Source of the DNA: a virus
Lineage: Duplodnaviria; Caudoviricetes
Length of the DNA stretch: 64,000 bases
Virus record (IMG/VR): IMGVR_UViG_3300031415_000002
Coordinates: 1,702-65,701 of that record
Strand: one strand, 5' to 3'
Shown here: in pieces, positions 9,465 to 18,318 of the stretch
Layout: each line of letters opens with the position of its first letter
How positions within the stretch are numbered: position 1 is the stretch's first letter
Position numbers and translations under genes: made by a program
Notes under the pieces: generated by a model
Told to the model about the DNA's origin: nothing
Databases searched by the model: none
The model's input: the letters and a program-made list of their open reading frames with translations, nothing else

Positions 9465-9844
9465 CCGATAGCATGATCCAGCCCTTCCGGCGCAATCTCG
9501 ACGTGCTGCCCGTCATCATTCCGGTCGGACTGTCGCCCGTCGCTGTTGCCGTGCCATCAATGGCGAACAAAGGCATTACGTCATTCCTGATGCACAACCC
9601 CAACCCGTTCTGGGTGTGGTTTGCAGGGTGGGTCGGGAACGAAGCGGATATGCCGTCCGATCTGCGCAGCAAGTCGCACTATATCGGCCCAGGCCAATCC
9701 TACATCGGACGCACACAAATGCCCCAGTGGATCGCAGCGCAAGCCGATAGCGAGCCTAATTTTCCCATTACCGACGCGTCTGGCAATTGGTTGTTTCAGG
9801 GCCAGCGGACGCGGTTGGTTATGGTGTACGGATCGGGTAGTTGA
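9461..9844 (+). CDS. Hypothetical (putative virion) protein
   Basis: 127 aa ORF coupled to neighbours. Confidence 0.6.
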   Translation: MTDSMIQPFRRNLDVLPVIIPVGLSPVAVAVPSMANKGITSFLMHNPNPFWVWFAGWVGNEADMPSDLRSKSHYIGPGQSYIGRTQMPQWIAAQADSEPNFPITDASGNWLFQGQRTRLVMVYGSGS

Positions 9845-9845
9845 T

Positions 9846-10493
9846 ATGGCGGTGCGTAGTCAGGGGTATGGCCTAAGGGTCACTTGGGACAATCTATCCG
9901 GCAAGCCCGCGTCGTTTGTACCGGCGGCGCATACCCACGCCATTTCCGACGTAACCGGATTGCAGGCCGCTCTAGATGGCAAGACGGTTACGTGGTCAAG
10001 CCTTTCTGGAAAGCCCGCGACCTTTCCCCCTTCCGCTCATACGCACCTATGGGCAGATATAACGGACAAGCCAACTACCTTTGCACCGTCCGCCCACACT
10101 CATCCATGGAGCGATGTGACCGGCAAGCCTGCCACCTATCCGCCCGCCACACATACGCATCTGTGGGCCGATATAACCGACAAGCCGACGACGTTTGCGC
10201 CCTCTGCCCATACCCATTCTGGCCTAGTCCAATTCATCGGCAACGTAACCGTATCTGAAACGACTCTCATATCGCTGGCGCTAGGCATGAAGCGCATGGC
10301 AATTACGCTTGCCGGGATTGCGGTTGGCGATAAGCTGACCTTTTCTCCTAATGGCGTCCCCACGGCTGGCGTCGAAGCCGTCAATGTGTACGCCAGCGGG
10401 GCAAATCAGGTGACGGTTTCGTATTTCACGCCTGCCTTGGGCATCGGGGCAAGCTATTCCATACCGCTTTCAGTGTTTAAAATTACATCGTGA
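9846..10493 (+). CDS. Tail-fibre-repeat protein
   Basis: About five 19-aa repeats P(S/A)(A/T)HTHxWxD(I/V)T(D/G)KPxTF; ATG 9846. Confidence 0.7.
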   Translation: MAVRSQGYGLRVTWDNLSGKPASFVPAAHTHAISDVTGLQAALDGKTVTWSSLSGKPATFPPSAHTHLWADITDKPTTFAPSAHTHPWSDVTGKPATYPPATHTHLWADITDKPTTFAPSAHTHSGLVQFIGNVTVSETTLISLALGMKRMAITLAGIAVGDKLTFSPNGVPTAGVEAVNVYASGANQVTVSYFTPALGIGASYSIPLSVFKITS

Positions 10494-10765
10494 CCTACCG
10501 TGACAGGCTGGCCAAAGAATGGCCCACAATGGCGCCATTCATTCTGGCGTTCTACGTCCTGACCTTGCTCGCCTTTATCCCAAGGCTTGGCCAAGATACG
10601 CTTTATCGCACCTTGGCCCAAGCCATCATTATAACCGGGTTGATAGGGATTGCCTTGGCCTATCACTATAGGGGCGATCAGGCCAAGGCGGAGGAAATAG
10701 CGGCGCTCAAGAAGGAGATTGAGGATTTGCGCGTTCGTCTAGGACCCGACGCGCATTCCACTTGA
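10490..10765 (+). CDS. Second holin-like 2-TM protein
   Basis: 91 aa; two hydrophobic helices and a charged coiled-coil tail. Confidence 0.5.
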   Translation: MTYRDRLAKEWPTMAPFILAFYVLTLLAFIPRLGQDTLYRTLAQAIIITGLIGIALAYHYRGDQAKAEEIAALKKEIEDLRVRLGPDAHST

Positions 10766-11417
10766 GATTGTCATCCATATCACTCTTATAGGCCAGCCAT
10801 TGCAGCCACCCGGTATCGCAATCTGCCCATGGCTGGCCCTTGTATTTTCCGATGGGACAGCGCGGCAACAGGGGCGGCTGCTTCGACCATTCGAGTAGAG
10901 TCCGTCCAGTGTGGCCATCCTCCAAAAGCGCCCGCATGATCCAGGCCGTCACATAACTATCCGGTCCGGCGCGGTGGGCCGTGATGTGGGCGTAATTTGC
11001 GCCCTTGCACCGCCCACGCTCTTCCAGTTCGTAAAACACGGCTGAATTGCTATGTTTGGTCATCTCGGGCCATGCCCGTAGCGCGGCCTTATAGACGCAG
11101 ATGATGGGAATCATGGGGTTGACAAAAGAAGCGTCAAAATCCGCATTGAATGCGGCAAGACAGGTAACGCCATCGTCAATCGCGGCCCGATTAAAAGCGT
11201 CTGGGTCGAACGGATCGCGCCCGATCAGCGTTGCAGGATTGATATGGTGGATGGCGCGGTTTTCAGCCGTGATTTTTACCGTAGCTCCGCATAGGTAGGA
11301 TTTTGGATCGGATATGGTGCGGCTGGGCAACGCAATGTCGGTCCAGCCTATCTCGATAATCTGATCCTTGGCTGGTTCTAGGCCGGTGCATTCCGTGTCG
11401 AAGATGCGGATAATCAT
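10707..11417 (-). CDS. DnaQ-family 3'-5' exonuclease (ExoX-like)
   Basis: IFDTECTG, AFNADFD, AHRAGPDSY motifs; C-terminal PIGKYKGQPW. Confidence 0.85.
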   Translation of the reverse strand: MIIRIFDTECTGLEPAKDQIIEIGWTDIALPSRTISDPKSYLCGATVKITAENRAIHHINPATLIGRDPFDPDAFNRAAIDDGVTCLAAFNADFDASFVNPMIPIICVYKAALRAWPEMTKHSNSAVFYELEERGRCKGANYAHITAHRAGPDSYVTAWIMRALLEDGHTGRTLLEWSKQPPLLPRCPIGKYKGQPWADCDTGWLQWLAYKSDMDDNLKWNARRVLDERANPQSPS

Positions 11418-11426
11418 GGTGTTGGG

Positions 11427-11663
11427 CTAGACCGCATTAGTATCGTCGTCAATTGGCGGCGTCCACCCCATAGCGATCAACGCATCACGAACAGCTTTTT
11501 CGCGCGTATCAAAAATTTTAGTCGCGAATTTCTGCGCGTGATCCCAAGGCGTCGCGCACCAACCTTCGGAAATTGAAATGAAACGATCGTTATAGGTAAT
11601 TTTAAAATTGTAGAGTGGACTCTCATCCTCTCCAATAGCCGAGTATAATTTATCTTTGTTCAT
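11427..11663 (-). CDS. Hypothetical protein
   Basis: 78 aa in a coupled minus-strand operon. Confidence 0.55.
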   Translation of the reverse strand: MNKDKLYSAIGEDESPLYNFKITYNDRFISISEGWCATPWDHAQKFATKIFDTREKAVRDALIAMGWTPPIDDDTNAV

Positions 11664-12052
11664 TTTGCATCCTCAAATGCCTTGCGAAGTTCGAGCTCAC
11701 ATCCGGCCTCAATCTGTGGACTGATTTCATTCTCAATCATGCGACTGAATTTATTGCCGATTGCGTCAGTAAAAGCGCGAACCGGCATATCGGCATGACG
11801 CATATCAATGGAATAATCGACTTGAGCCATTCTATCCCCTATATTGGCTCTGACATGGAGCGTAATGCGATATCCATCCTCATGCGTATATGATCCAGTG
11901 CGGACCACCTTGACTGGCATAGAAAGAGTTTCTGGCCGCTCGACAATCCATCCTTCGGTGCGAAGATACTCCTTCATTACATCCACAGGATTTTGATTGC
12001 GACGGTAGAACAGGTCTTCCCATTTCTGCCATGCACTAGTGTGGTCAATCAT
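11660..12052 (-). CDS. Hypothetical protein
   Basis: 130 aa with 4-nt overlaps to neighbours. Confidence 0.6.
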   Translation of the reverse strand: MIDHTSAWQKWEDLFYRRNQNPVDVMKEYLRTEGWIVERPETLSMPVKVVRTGSYTHEDGYRITLHVRANIGDRMAQVDYSIDMRHADMPVRAFTDAIGNKFSRMIENEISPQIEAGCELELRKAFEDAK

Positions 12053-12534
12053 TTAAACGCCCCCCAAACCCTATCTCGATCCGCACAGTAACACCAAAGC
12101 GGATCAACCCTATCAATCTCGCCTTGGCTAACACCAAAGTAAGCCGCCGCCCCTTCTGCGCCATTGTCCGCGATATATGCTGCCACAACATCGGCAAGCC
12201 AATCGACGTGACTGGTATTGCCCGATGGCAAATACCGCCACCCATGCTTAACGGGTGCGACAGGCTTCCATGCCTCGGTCGGCACATACATCAGCCGCCC
12301 GCCAAGCTTATAGCCCTTGACCACTTCGCCACCCACGGTTTCTCCGGCCTTGGCTTTGCGCAGGTGGCAATTGGCGGGGTACGCCGAAATGTCGAGGCTG
12401 GCTGTGCTTTTTTCCACGCCGAAAAACTCACAAATTGCTTCGCGGTTGATCCAGCCGTGTTCGGATAGGTGCCAGTCTATGTATTCCTGGCGGCGGCGGG
12501 AAGGCCAGTTATTTGGGGAGCGGGGCAAAATCAA
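12049..12534 (-). CDS. CapW/BrxR-type winged-helix protein lacking a WYL domain
   Basis: RRRQEYIDWHLSEHGWINREAICEFFGVEKSTASLDISAY and YVPTEAWKP resemble the N-terminal wHTH of WYL repressors. Confidence 0.6.
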   Translation of the reverse strand: MILPRSPNNWPSRRRQEYIDWHLSEHGWINREAICEFFGVEKSTASLDISAYPANCHLRKAKAGETVGGEVVKGYKLGGRLMYVPTEAWKPVAPVKHGWRYLPSGNTSHVDWLADVVAAYIADNGAEGAAAYFGVSQGEIDRVDPLWCYCADRDRVWGAFK

Positions 12535-12788
12535 TATCCTAGCACATTGAGGGCTGTGGCTACGTCTTCACGGCAGCGCTGTCCTGGGTTGTCATCGCTA
12601 TCAACAAGATGCGGCACAATCTTTGGTCCATCTTCTTCCAAATAGCGCATAACCGTACCTGCACTACCGGCGAGCGCGCGTAAAGCATTTTCTAGGGCGG
12701 CGATGCGCTCCGCTGCTTCAATGCAATCCTTTCGAACGGCCGTTACAGGCGGGGCCCAGTCGAGCAGCCTTTCAATCAAATTGCTCAT
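12531..12788 (-). CDS. Hypothetical protein
   Basis: 85 aa, coupled. Confidence 0.55.
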   Translation of the reverse strand: MSNLIERLLDWAPPVTAVRKDCIEAAERIAALENALRALAGSAGTVMRYLEEDGPKIVPHLVDSDDNPGQRCREDVATALNVLGY

Positions 12789-12994
12789 TTACCAAGCCTC
12801 TTATTTTCCATTTCTCTATGCCGCTCATAAGCTAGACGAAAGCGCTCATACGTCCAAGCAATTTCTTCCGCTTGCTTTTCGCCAACAAAATCCGCCCCCT
12901 TGCAGCATTCTACAATGTGTTCAGCGAGGCATTGCTTGGTCCATGCGTAAAACGCATTTTCTTCCTCCATCTCTGGAGTTGGCTGATTCCTCAT
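12785..12994 (-). CDS. Hypothetical protein
   Basis: 69 aa, coupled. Confidence 0.5.
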   Translation of the reverse strand: MRNQPTPEMEEENAFYAWTKQCLAEHIVECCKGADFVGEKQAEEIAWTYERFRLAYERHREMENKRLGK

Positions 12995-13413
12995 ACCCCC
13001 GTACTCCCAAACCCGCCCGCACCCCGCCCCGTCTCCGGCAATTCCTGCCCCAAGACGAAGGCACCTCGCACAACCGGCATAATCACACCTTGCGCGATCC
13101 GGTCGCCAACCTCAATCCAAAAATCACGGTGACCGTGGTTAATCAGCATCACCTTAATTTCACCGCGATAATCAGCATCCACAACGCCCGCTAGAACGTC
13201 AATGCCACAGCGCACCGCAAGGCCGGAACGCGGCGAAATGCGCAGGTAATGGCCGTCAGGGATGGCCATGGATAGGCCGGTGGAGATTAAGGCGGATTCG
13301 CCTGCGGCGAGGTTGAGATTGGCGTCCGATGCAATATCGAAGCCTGCTGCGCCGTCCGTTTGATAGGCGGGGATGGTGGCGGATGGGGTTAGGAGTTTGG
13401 TGGGGATGTTCAT
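12991..13413 (-). CDS. dut: Trimeric dUTPase
   Basis: AAGFDI, PRSGLA, GVVDADYRGEI, RIAQ and RGAGGFGSTG motifs; ATG 13413. Confidence 0.95.
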   Translation of the reverse strand: MNIPTKLLTPSATIPAYQTDGAAGFDIASDANLNLAAGESALISTGLSMAIPDGHYLRISPRSGLAVRCGIDVLAGVVDADYRGEIKVMLINHGHRDFWIEVGDRIAQGVIMPVVRGAFVLGQELPETGRGAGGFGSTGV

Positions 13414-13414
13414 A

Positions 13415-13573
13415 TCAATCCTCCAACTCGCTGAATGTGAATTGCTCCCACCAGTCGGCAAGGCCCATTTCCATCGGCCAATGCTGGGGCGATTCTTCGT
13501 TGTTGTTAATCCATATGTCCTCAAAGCGGTCGGCTTCCGCGCGGACGCGAGCCATAAAGTCCTTCAGGGTCAT
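13415..13573 (-). CDS. Small acidic hypothetical protein (52 aa, not in ORF track)
   Basis: MTLKDFMARVRAEADRFEDIW...FSELED*; start overlaps the upstream stop. Confidence 0.5.
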   Translation of the reverse strand: MTLKDFMARVRAEADRFEDIWINNNEESPQHWPMEMGLADWWEQFTFSELED

Positions 13574-13782
13574 TACCCATGCTCCTTAATATAAAGTTCC
13601 AACGGAGTCGGCTTAGCCGCATCTTCCTTCAGCGCCGCCAACAGCCGCTCCCGGCGCGGCATCACACTATAGCCCTTGCCGAGCCAATATTCCCGTTCCG
13701 CTTTGCGGATGGCCATTTCTACCCTGTCGGCTTCGGCTTTTAGGGTGGATTGGCGGGATAGGAGGTGTAGGAGGTCGGTCAT
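13573..13782 (-). CDS. Hypothetical protein
   Basis: 69 aa, coupled. Confidence 0.5.
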   Translation of the reverse strand: MTDLLHLLSRQSTLKAEADRVEMAIRKAEREYWLGKGYSVMPRRERLLAALKEDAAKPTPLELYIKEHG

Positions 13783-14114
13783 GGCTTAATTTCCTCAAAC
13801 ATAACCGTATTCCAACGTCCTTCTACCTCCTCAAATGTGTAGTCCGAAGAAGACTGGCCAATGCGACAGGCTTTCACGGTAAGCGGCATGTCATTGACAA
13901 AAATTGCCGCTGCCCGCTCTCGCTCGCCGTCGTATCCGTTTTTGTTAAGGAAGCGCACCTTACTGCCTTTGCCGATAAAGCCACGCGACAGAAGGTATTC
14001 TGCCGTCCATGCAGGTCGGATGGTTTTCGCCTTTGCATCAATGGCAACGTAATCGCTTTCAAAGCCATTGTCGTGAAGGGCTTCGAAACCTTCTTCTTTC
14101 CAATCTTCCATCAT
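13779..14114 (-). CDS. Hypothetical protein
   Basis: 111 aa, coupled. Confidence 0.55.
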   Translation of the reverse strand: MMEDWKEEGFEALHDNGFESDYVAIDAKAKTIRPAWTAEYLLSRGFIGKGSKVRFLNKNGYDGERERAAAIFVNDMPLTVKACRIGQSSSDYTFEEVEGRWNTVMFEEIKP

Positions 14115-14542
14115 TTTTCCTCCTTATTCAAACAAGCAACAGCCCAAGCCCGCATACGCTGCCACCGTTCTTCCGGCGTTTCATCGCGCTGCTCTTTAAA
14201 ATTCCAACTATTTTCGTCATTCTCATAGACGATTTCGCGCGCCATCTGGTCGGCAATATCGAAAGTGTTCGCAACCTGCGCGCTGTTTTTCGGATCAAGG
14301 CAACTCATATCAACGCCGCGCTTCAGGCCAACTGCACCAATAGCGCAGTAATTTCCATTCTGTTCAAGCTCGTTGGCAATTAGCGCCTTAACAGGCAGGG
14401 CATCCAATGCCTCAATCAGGTCATGCAAAAACTTTTGGCCGCGCTTGCCTCGCAGGGCGCTTGCCACTTGGCCGCGCCACTTAATGTGCGCCCAGTTATC
14501 TTCTTGGCTTCCGTCGCCTTCGTAATATCCTGCTCTGCTCAT
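14111..14542 (-). CDS. Conserved phage hypothetical protein
   Basis: WRGQVASALRGKRGQKFLHDL and CAIGAVG motifs. Confidence 0.65.
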   Translation of the reverse strand: MSRAGYYEGDGSQEDNWAHIKWRGQVASALRGKRGQKFLHDLIEALDALPVKALIANELEQNGNYCAIGAVGLKRGVDMSCLDPKNSAQVANTFDIADQMAREIVYENDENSWNFKEQRDETPEERWQRMRAWAVACLNKEEK

Positions 14543-14832
14543 TACTTTTCCTCCAACCGACGCGCAATCGCACGCGCCATTTCAACCCACATATTGCCGC
14601 GCCACTTTTCAGACTCCCAAACGGGAGAATTTGCGACGGCGCTGTTTATCATCGCCACCAATTCCAGCATGGCGGGGACTTGGGCGATGGCGCGGGAGTC
14701 TTCTTTCCAAACGGCGCATACGATCGTGTCATCTGGTCCGCTTATCCATGTGTCGTACATGCCGCCAGTAAAATCGCTGTCAGGCTCTTCGACTGACCAT
14801 GGCCCCGGCGTCGTGCCAAACGGGCCGGTCAT
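14542..14832 (-). CDS. Hypothetical protein (TPGPW family)
   Basis: TTPGPW N-terminus common in small phage proteins. Confidence 0.55.
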   Translation of the reverse strand: MTGPFGTTPGPWSVEEPDSDFTGGMYDTWISGPDDTIVCAVWKEDSRAIAQVPAMLELVAMINSAVANSPVWESEKWRGNMWVEMARAIARRLEEK

Positions 14833-15053
14833 GCTTCAGGCTCACGAACGAGGAGATCAGAAAGGCGGCTAGTCCATCCGTCCCATTCAAAACCTTTGTT
14901 CAACGCCTCTGCGGCAGCGAGACACGCCGCCCCCGACATTGGCCCATGCATCATGGCCACAACCTCGCCATCGTCTGCGACAATGCTCCAAAGCCGGTCG
15001 CTTCCCATTTCTCCGCTCTTAATCTTATACTTTCTTGTCATCACTTCCTCCAT
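14829..15053 (-). CDS. Hypothetical protein
   Basis: First gene after the 15.09 kb promoter. Confidence 0.55.
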   Translation of the reverse strand: MEEVMTRKYKIKSGEMGSDRLWSIVADDGEVVAMMHGPMSGAACLAAAEALNKGFEWDGWTSRLSDLLVREPEA

Positions 15054-15063
15054 CTAGCGAACC

Positions 15064-15104
15064 CCACCATACCGCCCCGAACGGCAATGTCAACATATAT
15101 ATTT
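15064..15104 (-). promoter_or_regulatory. Early promoter
   Basis: AAAATATATATG-TTGACA (15088-15093)-N16-TATGGT. Confidence 0.7.
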
Positions 15105-15157
15105 TCCTTGTGCGTCGGCAGGGTGGCGTTTATGGGTTGGGCTTTGATGGAGGATAT

Positions 15158-15913
15158 ATGAACGACCCGATTTACGATGGATTGCACCTTGGCGACTGCT
15201 TTGAGGTGATGGCGCGCATACCGGATGGTAGCGTGGATATGGTGCTGGCAGATTTGCCGTATTCCACGACGCAGAACAAGTGGGATAACGTCATCGATCT
15301 GCCCGCACTGTGGGCGGAGTATCATCGGTTACTCAAGCCTACTGGCGCGGCTGTCCTAACTTCTCAAGGCGCATTCACTGCGCGGCTTATCCTCTCGAAT
15401 GAGGGATGGTTCCGCTACAAGCTGGTATGGGAAAAATCCAAAGCCACTAACTTTTTAAACGCCAAGAAGCAGCCGTTGCGAAAGCATGAGGATGTGTGTG
15501 TCTTCTATCCCGGAAAGCCGACGTACAATCCACAAATGGGCAAAGGGGTGCCTTACGACAAGGGAGTCCGTAAGAATCAACAGACGGGATCGTACGGGAA
15601 TTTCGCGGCTTCACATGTCAAAAGCGAAGGCGGTCGCTACCCGACCGATGTTATCTATTTTAAGACAGCAGAAAGTGAATCTGAGTTTATTTTTCACCCC
15701 ACCCAAAAACCCGTAGCCCTATTCGAGTACCTAATCCGCACCTACACCGATGAAGGCATGACCGTACTCGACAACACGGCGGGCAGCGGGACAACCGCAA
15801 TCGCAGCCATGAACGCCAAGCGCAACTGGATTTGCATTGAGCGCGATCCAGAATATTACGCCAAGGCGAAAGCCCGCATTGAGGATCATATCAATAAAAT
15901 GGAGTTGTTTTGA
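15158..15913 (+). CDS. DNA N6-adenine/N4-cytosine methyltransferase (beta class)
   Basis: ADLPY catalytic motif, HPTQKP, VLDNTAGSGTT SAM motif; ATG 15158 after GGAGG. Confidence 0.9.
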   Translation: MNDPIYDGLHLGDCFEVMARIPDGSVDMVLADLPYSTTQNKWDNVIDLPALWAEYHRLLKPTGAAVLTSQGAFTARLILSNEGWFRYKLVWEKSKATNFLNAKKQPLRKHEDVCVFYPGKPTYNPQMGKGVPYDKGVRKNQQTGSYGNFAASHVKSEGGRYPTDVIYFKTAESESEFIFHPTQKPVALFEYLIRTYTDEGMTVLDNTAGSGTTAIAAMNAKRNWICIERDPEYYAKAKARIEDHINKMELF

Positions 15914-16995
15914 TGCCCGCAACATTTGAAACCGCCGCCCTATCGACTGCACTGAAGCAAGCCGTATCAATCGTGAAGGCGCACGACACAATCCCGATTG
16001 TAGCCTGCGTGCTATTCGAGATTGACGGAAGCACAGCATCTATCACTGCGTCTGATCTGACTATCTGGCATCGTCAATCCTTGCCGTGCGAAAGCGACGG
16101 CGTATCACGGTTTGCCGTTGATGCTCGGGCAATCAGTCGGGTCGTATCCAATGCTGCAGCGTCAACCGTCAAACTATCCGAGAAAGATGGCAGGCTAACC
16201 ATTTCGTCAGGACGTAGCCGCTTTACGCTCCCGACAATTGCGCATGGCGACTACCCAAAGCCGCGCGAAGATGAATATGTCGGGTCAATCCAGTTCAGCG
16301 GCGAAGCTCTTAATCTAGCTATGTCGCGAGCATTCCCGGCCATTTCATCGGAGGAAGCGCGCTACTATCTCAATGGCGAATTTATGCACGTCATGGATGG
16401 ACGTGTTTGGCTGGTCGCAACTGACGGTCATAGGCTGGCAAAGATCGCCGCTGGCAATTGCGATGCGCGGTTACCCGATACAATTATCGGCACAAAGACC
16501 GTAAAGTCGATCATGGCCATGGCGGCGCATGGCGACGTTAAACTGTCACTGTCGCGAACCAATGTGAAGGCGGAGGGCGATGGCGTCACAATTATTGCCA
16601 AGGTGGTTGATGGCACGTTCCCGGACTATGCCCGCGTAATCCCGGCCCGCAGCGCAAATGTTGCAACGGTTGATTCCGCATCCCTGGCATCAGTCATTGG
16701 ACGCTGCACGTCTGTCACGGACATGAAGGGCAGCGCCATGAAATTCGAGTTTGGCGACAGCCAGATTGCCGTTTCCATCGCCCTTGCCGATGGCAGCGCG
16801 GCGCAGGACTCTGTTGCTTGCGAATATGAAGGCGAGCCGGTGACGCTCGGTATGAACTACAATTATTCGCGTGAATTGCTGCGGACTATTGATGGCGATG
16901 CGAAGATTTATCTTGACACGGCTACATCTGCGGTTCGTATTGAGCAGGTCAGCGCGCCTGACGATGTTTTTGTCATTATGCCGATGCGGCTTTGA
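15913..16995 (+). CDS. dnaN: DNA polymerase III beta sliding clamp
   Basis: ASDLTI, RYYLNG, VATDGHRLA, VDGTFPDYARVIP and VIMPMRL motifs. Confidence 0.92.
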   Translation: MPATFETAALSTALKQAVSIVKAHDTIPIVACVLFEIDGSTASITASDLTIWHRQSLPCESDGVSRFAVDARAISRVVSNAAASTVKLSEKDGRLTISSGRSRFTLPTIAHGDYPKPREDEYVGSIQFSGEALNLAMSRAFPAISSEEARYYLNGEFMHVMDGRVWLVATDGHRLAKIAAGNCDARLPDTIIGTKTVKSIMAMAAHGDVKLSLSRTNVKAEGDGVTIIAKVVDGTFPDYARVIPARSANVATVDSASLASVIGRCTSVTDMKGSAMKFEFGDSQIAVSIALADGSAAQDSVACEYEGEPVTLGMNYNYSRELLRTIDGDAKIYLDTATSAVRIEQVSAPDDVFVIMPMRL

Positions 16996-17249
16996 TTGAG
17001 GGGATGATTACGATGTTTACGATTATTGAAGATGGAATTGCAATCCTACGCGCACCCAAGGGTGTCTACCGCCAGTCCAAGGTCTACCACTGGCGCGGTC
17101 GTGTTTACGTGGCCTATGGGTCGGGGTTCCTGCGCATCACGGCCAAATTTGGCGATAGCTGGGGCACGTCACACCCCGACGTTAAGGTGATCGAGATTGA
17201 TGCGGTTGGAGTGTCGCTTGATTGTGGGGAGGCGAAGTTTGTCGGATAA
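16992..17249 (+). CDS. Hypothetical protein
   Basis: 85 aa, coupled. Confidence 0.55.
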   Translation: MIEGMITMFTIIEDGIAILRAPKGVYRQSKVYHWRGRVYVAYGSGFLRITAKFGDSWGTSHPDVKVIEIDAVGVSLDCGEAKFVG

Positions 17250-17520
17250 ACCAACCGGCTTCCGCACCAATTACTATATGGTTTCTGTCGCTTACCCTGA
17301 GCGACAGGAGCCGTATATCGCTGAGTGTGGCGACATAATCCAGGCGCTTGGCATGACTTTCGAGGAAGGATGCGAGTTCAAGGCTATCTGGCGAACCGCT
17401 GCCCAGCGCATGGGCAACGGCAAGCCGGGTGGCGATGCCGTTTATGATGCGGAAAAGCGCGTCTATTACGCCAATCGATCTTTGGCATGGGAGAAGGTCC
17501 GCCGTGATGAAAAAGCGTGA
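17239..17520 (+). CDS. DUF3310/T7 gp1.7-like (nucleotide kinase-like) protein
   Basis: YIAECGDIIQALGMTFEEGCEFKAIWR and YDAEK; TTG 17239 after GGGGAGG. Confidence 0.5.
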   Translation: MSDKPTGFRTNYYMVSVAYPERQEPYIAECGDIIQALGMTFEEGCEFKAIWRTAAQRMGNGKPGGDAVYDAEKRVYYANRSLAWEKVRRDEKA

Positions 17521-17776
17521 ATACCTAAGCCTAATGGCTGACCGCATCTCATGCGAGGCGGATGGCGAGGCGCTGTGGGATGCTTATAAGGGCTCCATGG
17601 CGCTGGAGCGGGCTTGCGTTGCCTATTTTGAGCGTCGTGCAGAGGCGTGGGGCGTAGACACCCCAACCGCTGGCTCTTACATCCTCAACTGCAAGCCTGG
17701 GGCTGATGGCATGGCTCGGGCGGTCGAGGCTACGGGGTTTAGGCGAGAGGGGCGGGTTATTCGGGTTTTGGGGTAA
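17507..17776 (+). CDS. Hypothetical protein
   Basis: 89 aa from ATG 17507. Confidence 0.5.
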   Translation: MKKREYLSLMADRISCEADGEALWDAYKGSMALERACVAYFERRAEAWGVDTPTAGSYILNCKPGADGMARAVEATGFRREGRVIRVLG

Positions 17777-17807
17777 AAAGAAGGGGCTGAAAAGCCCCTT
17801 TAGTTTT
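17776..17807. terminator. Bidirectional rho-independent terminator
   Basis: AAAAG-AAGGGGCT-GAAA-AGCCCCTT-TAGTTTT between convergent operons. Confidence 0.8.
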
Positions 17808-18318
17808 ACCAGTATTGATCCGGTATAAGCTTAGCCGCCCTATTCCATAGCGCTGTATCGCCCTTGGTCATCGCCTTTAGCAGCACCGCCTTTTCCTTGA
17901 AATAGACTTTGGCAAAATCGGGATCATGCTCTGCAATGCTTGACGTATTGCTAATCAAGTCGGCATATTTGATCGTCTGAACCTCGCCACTAGCGGCGGC
18001 TAGGCGTTCGCATGACAGGCGCTTGCGGATGGCGCGGTTGCCGGTTTCGTTGTCGGTTAGAGCAACGACCATATAGCGTACATCAGAGCCAAATTTGCGC
18101 TCAATATCGGCACTAGTCGCGTCGCAATCCTCAATCGTATCATGCAGAACCGCCGCGCATTGCATTTCGATTGAGCCGCCAGCGCCGCGCACGATGTTCA
18201 TCGCTTCGATGCAATGCGTGATGTACGGATCGTTTGTATACTTGCGCCTTTGGCCTGCATGGGCCGTTGCGGCGTAGGCTATTGCTCGGTCGATGTCTTT
18301 TTCAGTTAGCACGATCAT
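17806..18318 (-). CDS. HD-domain small alarmone hydrolase (SpoT/Mesh1-like)
   Basis: AHAGQRRK, PYITH, AVLHDTIEDC and IKYADLISN motifs; ATG 18318. Confidence 0.85.
   Translation of the reverse strand: MIVLTEKDIDRAIAYAATAHAGQRRKYTNDPYITHCIEAMNIVRGAGGSIEMQCAAVLHDTIEDCDATSADIERKFGSDVRYMVVALTDNETGNRAIRKRLSCERLAAASGEVQTIKYADLISNTSSIAEHDPDFAKVYFKEKAVLLKAMTKGDTALWNRAAKLIPDQYW

Noticed and set aside
9846-10230. CRISPR array or DGR template
   Set aside because: Repeats are in-frame 57-nt coding repeats with synonymous variation; no cas or reverse transcriptase gene
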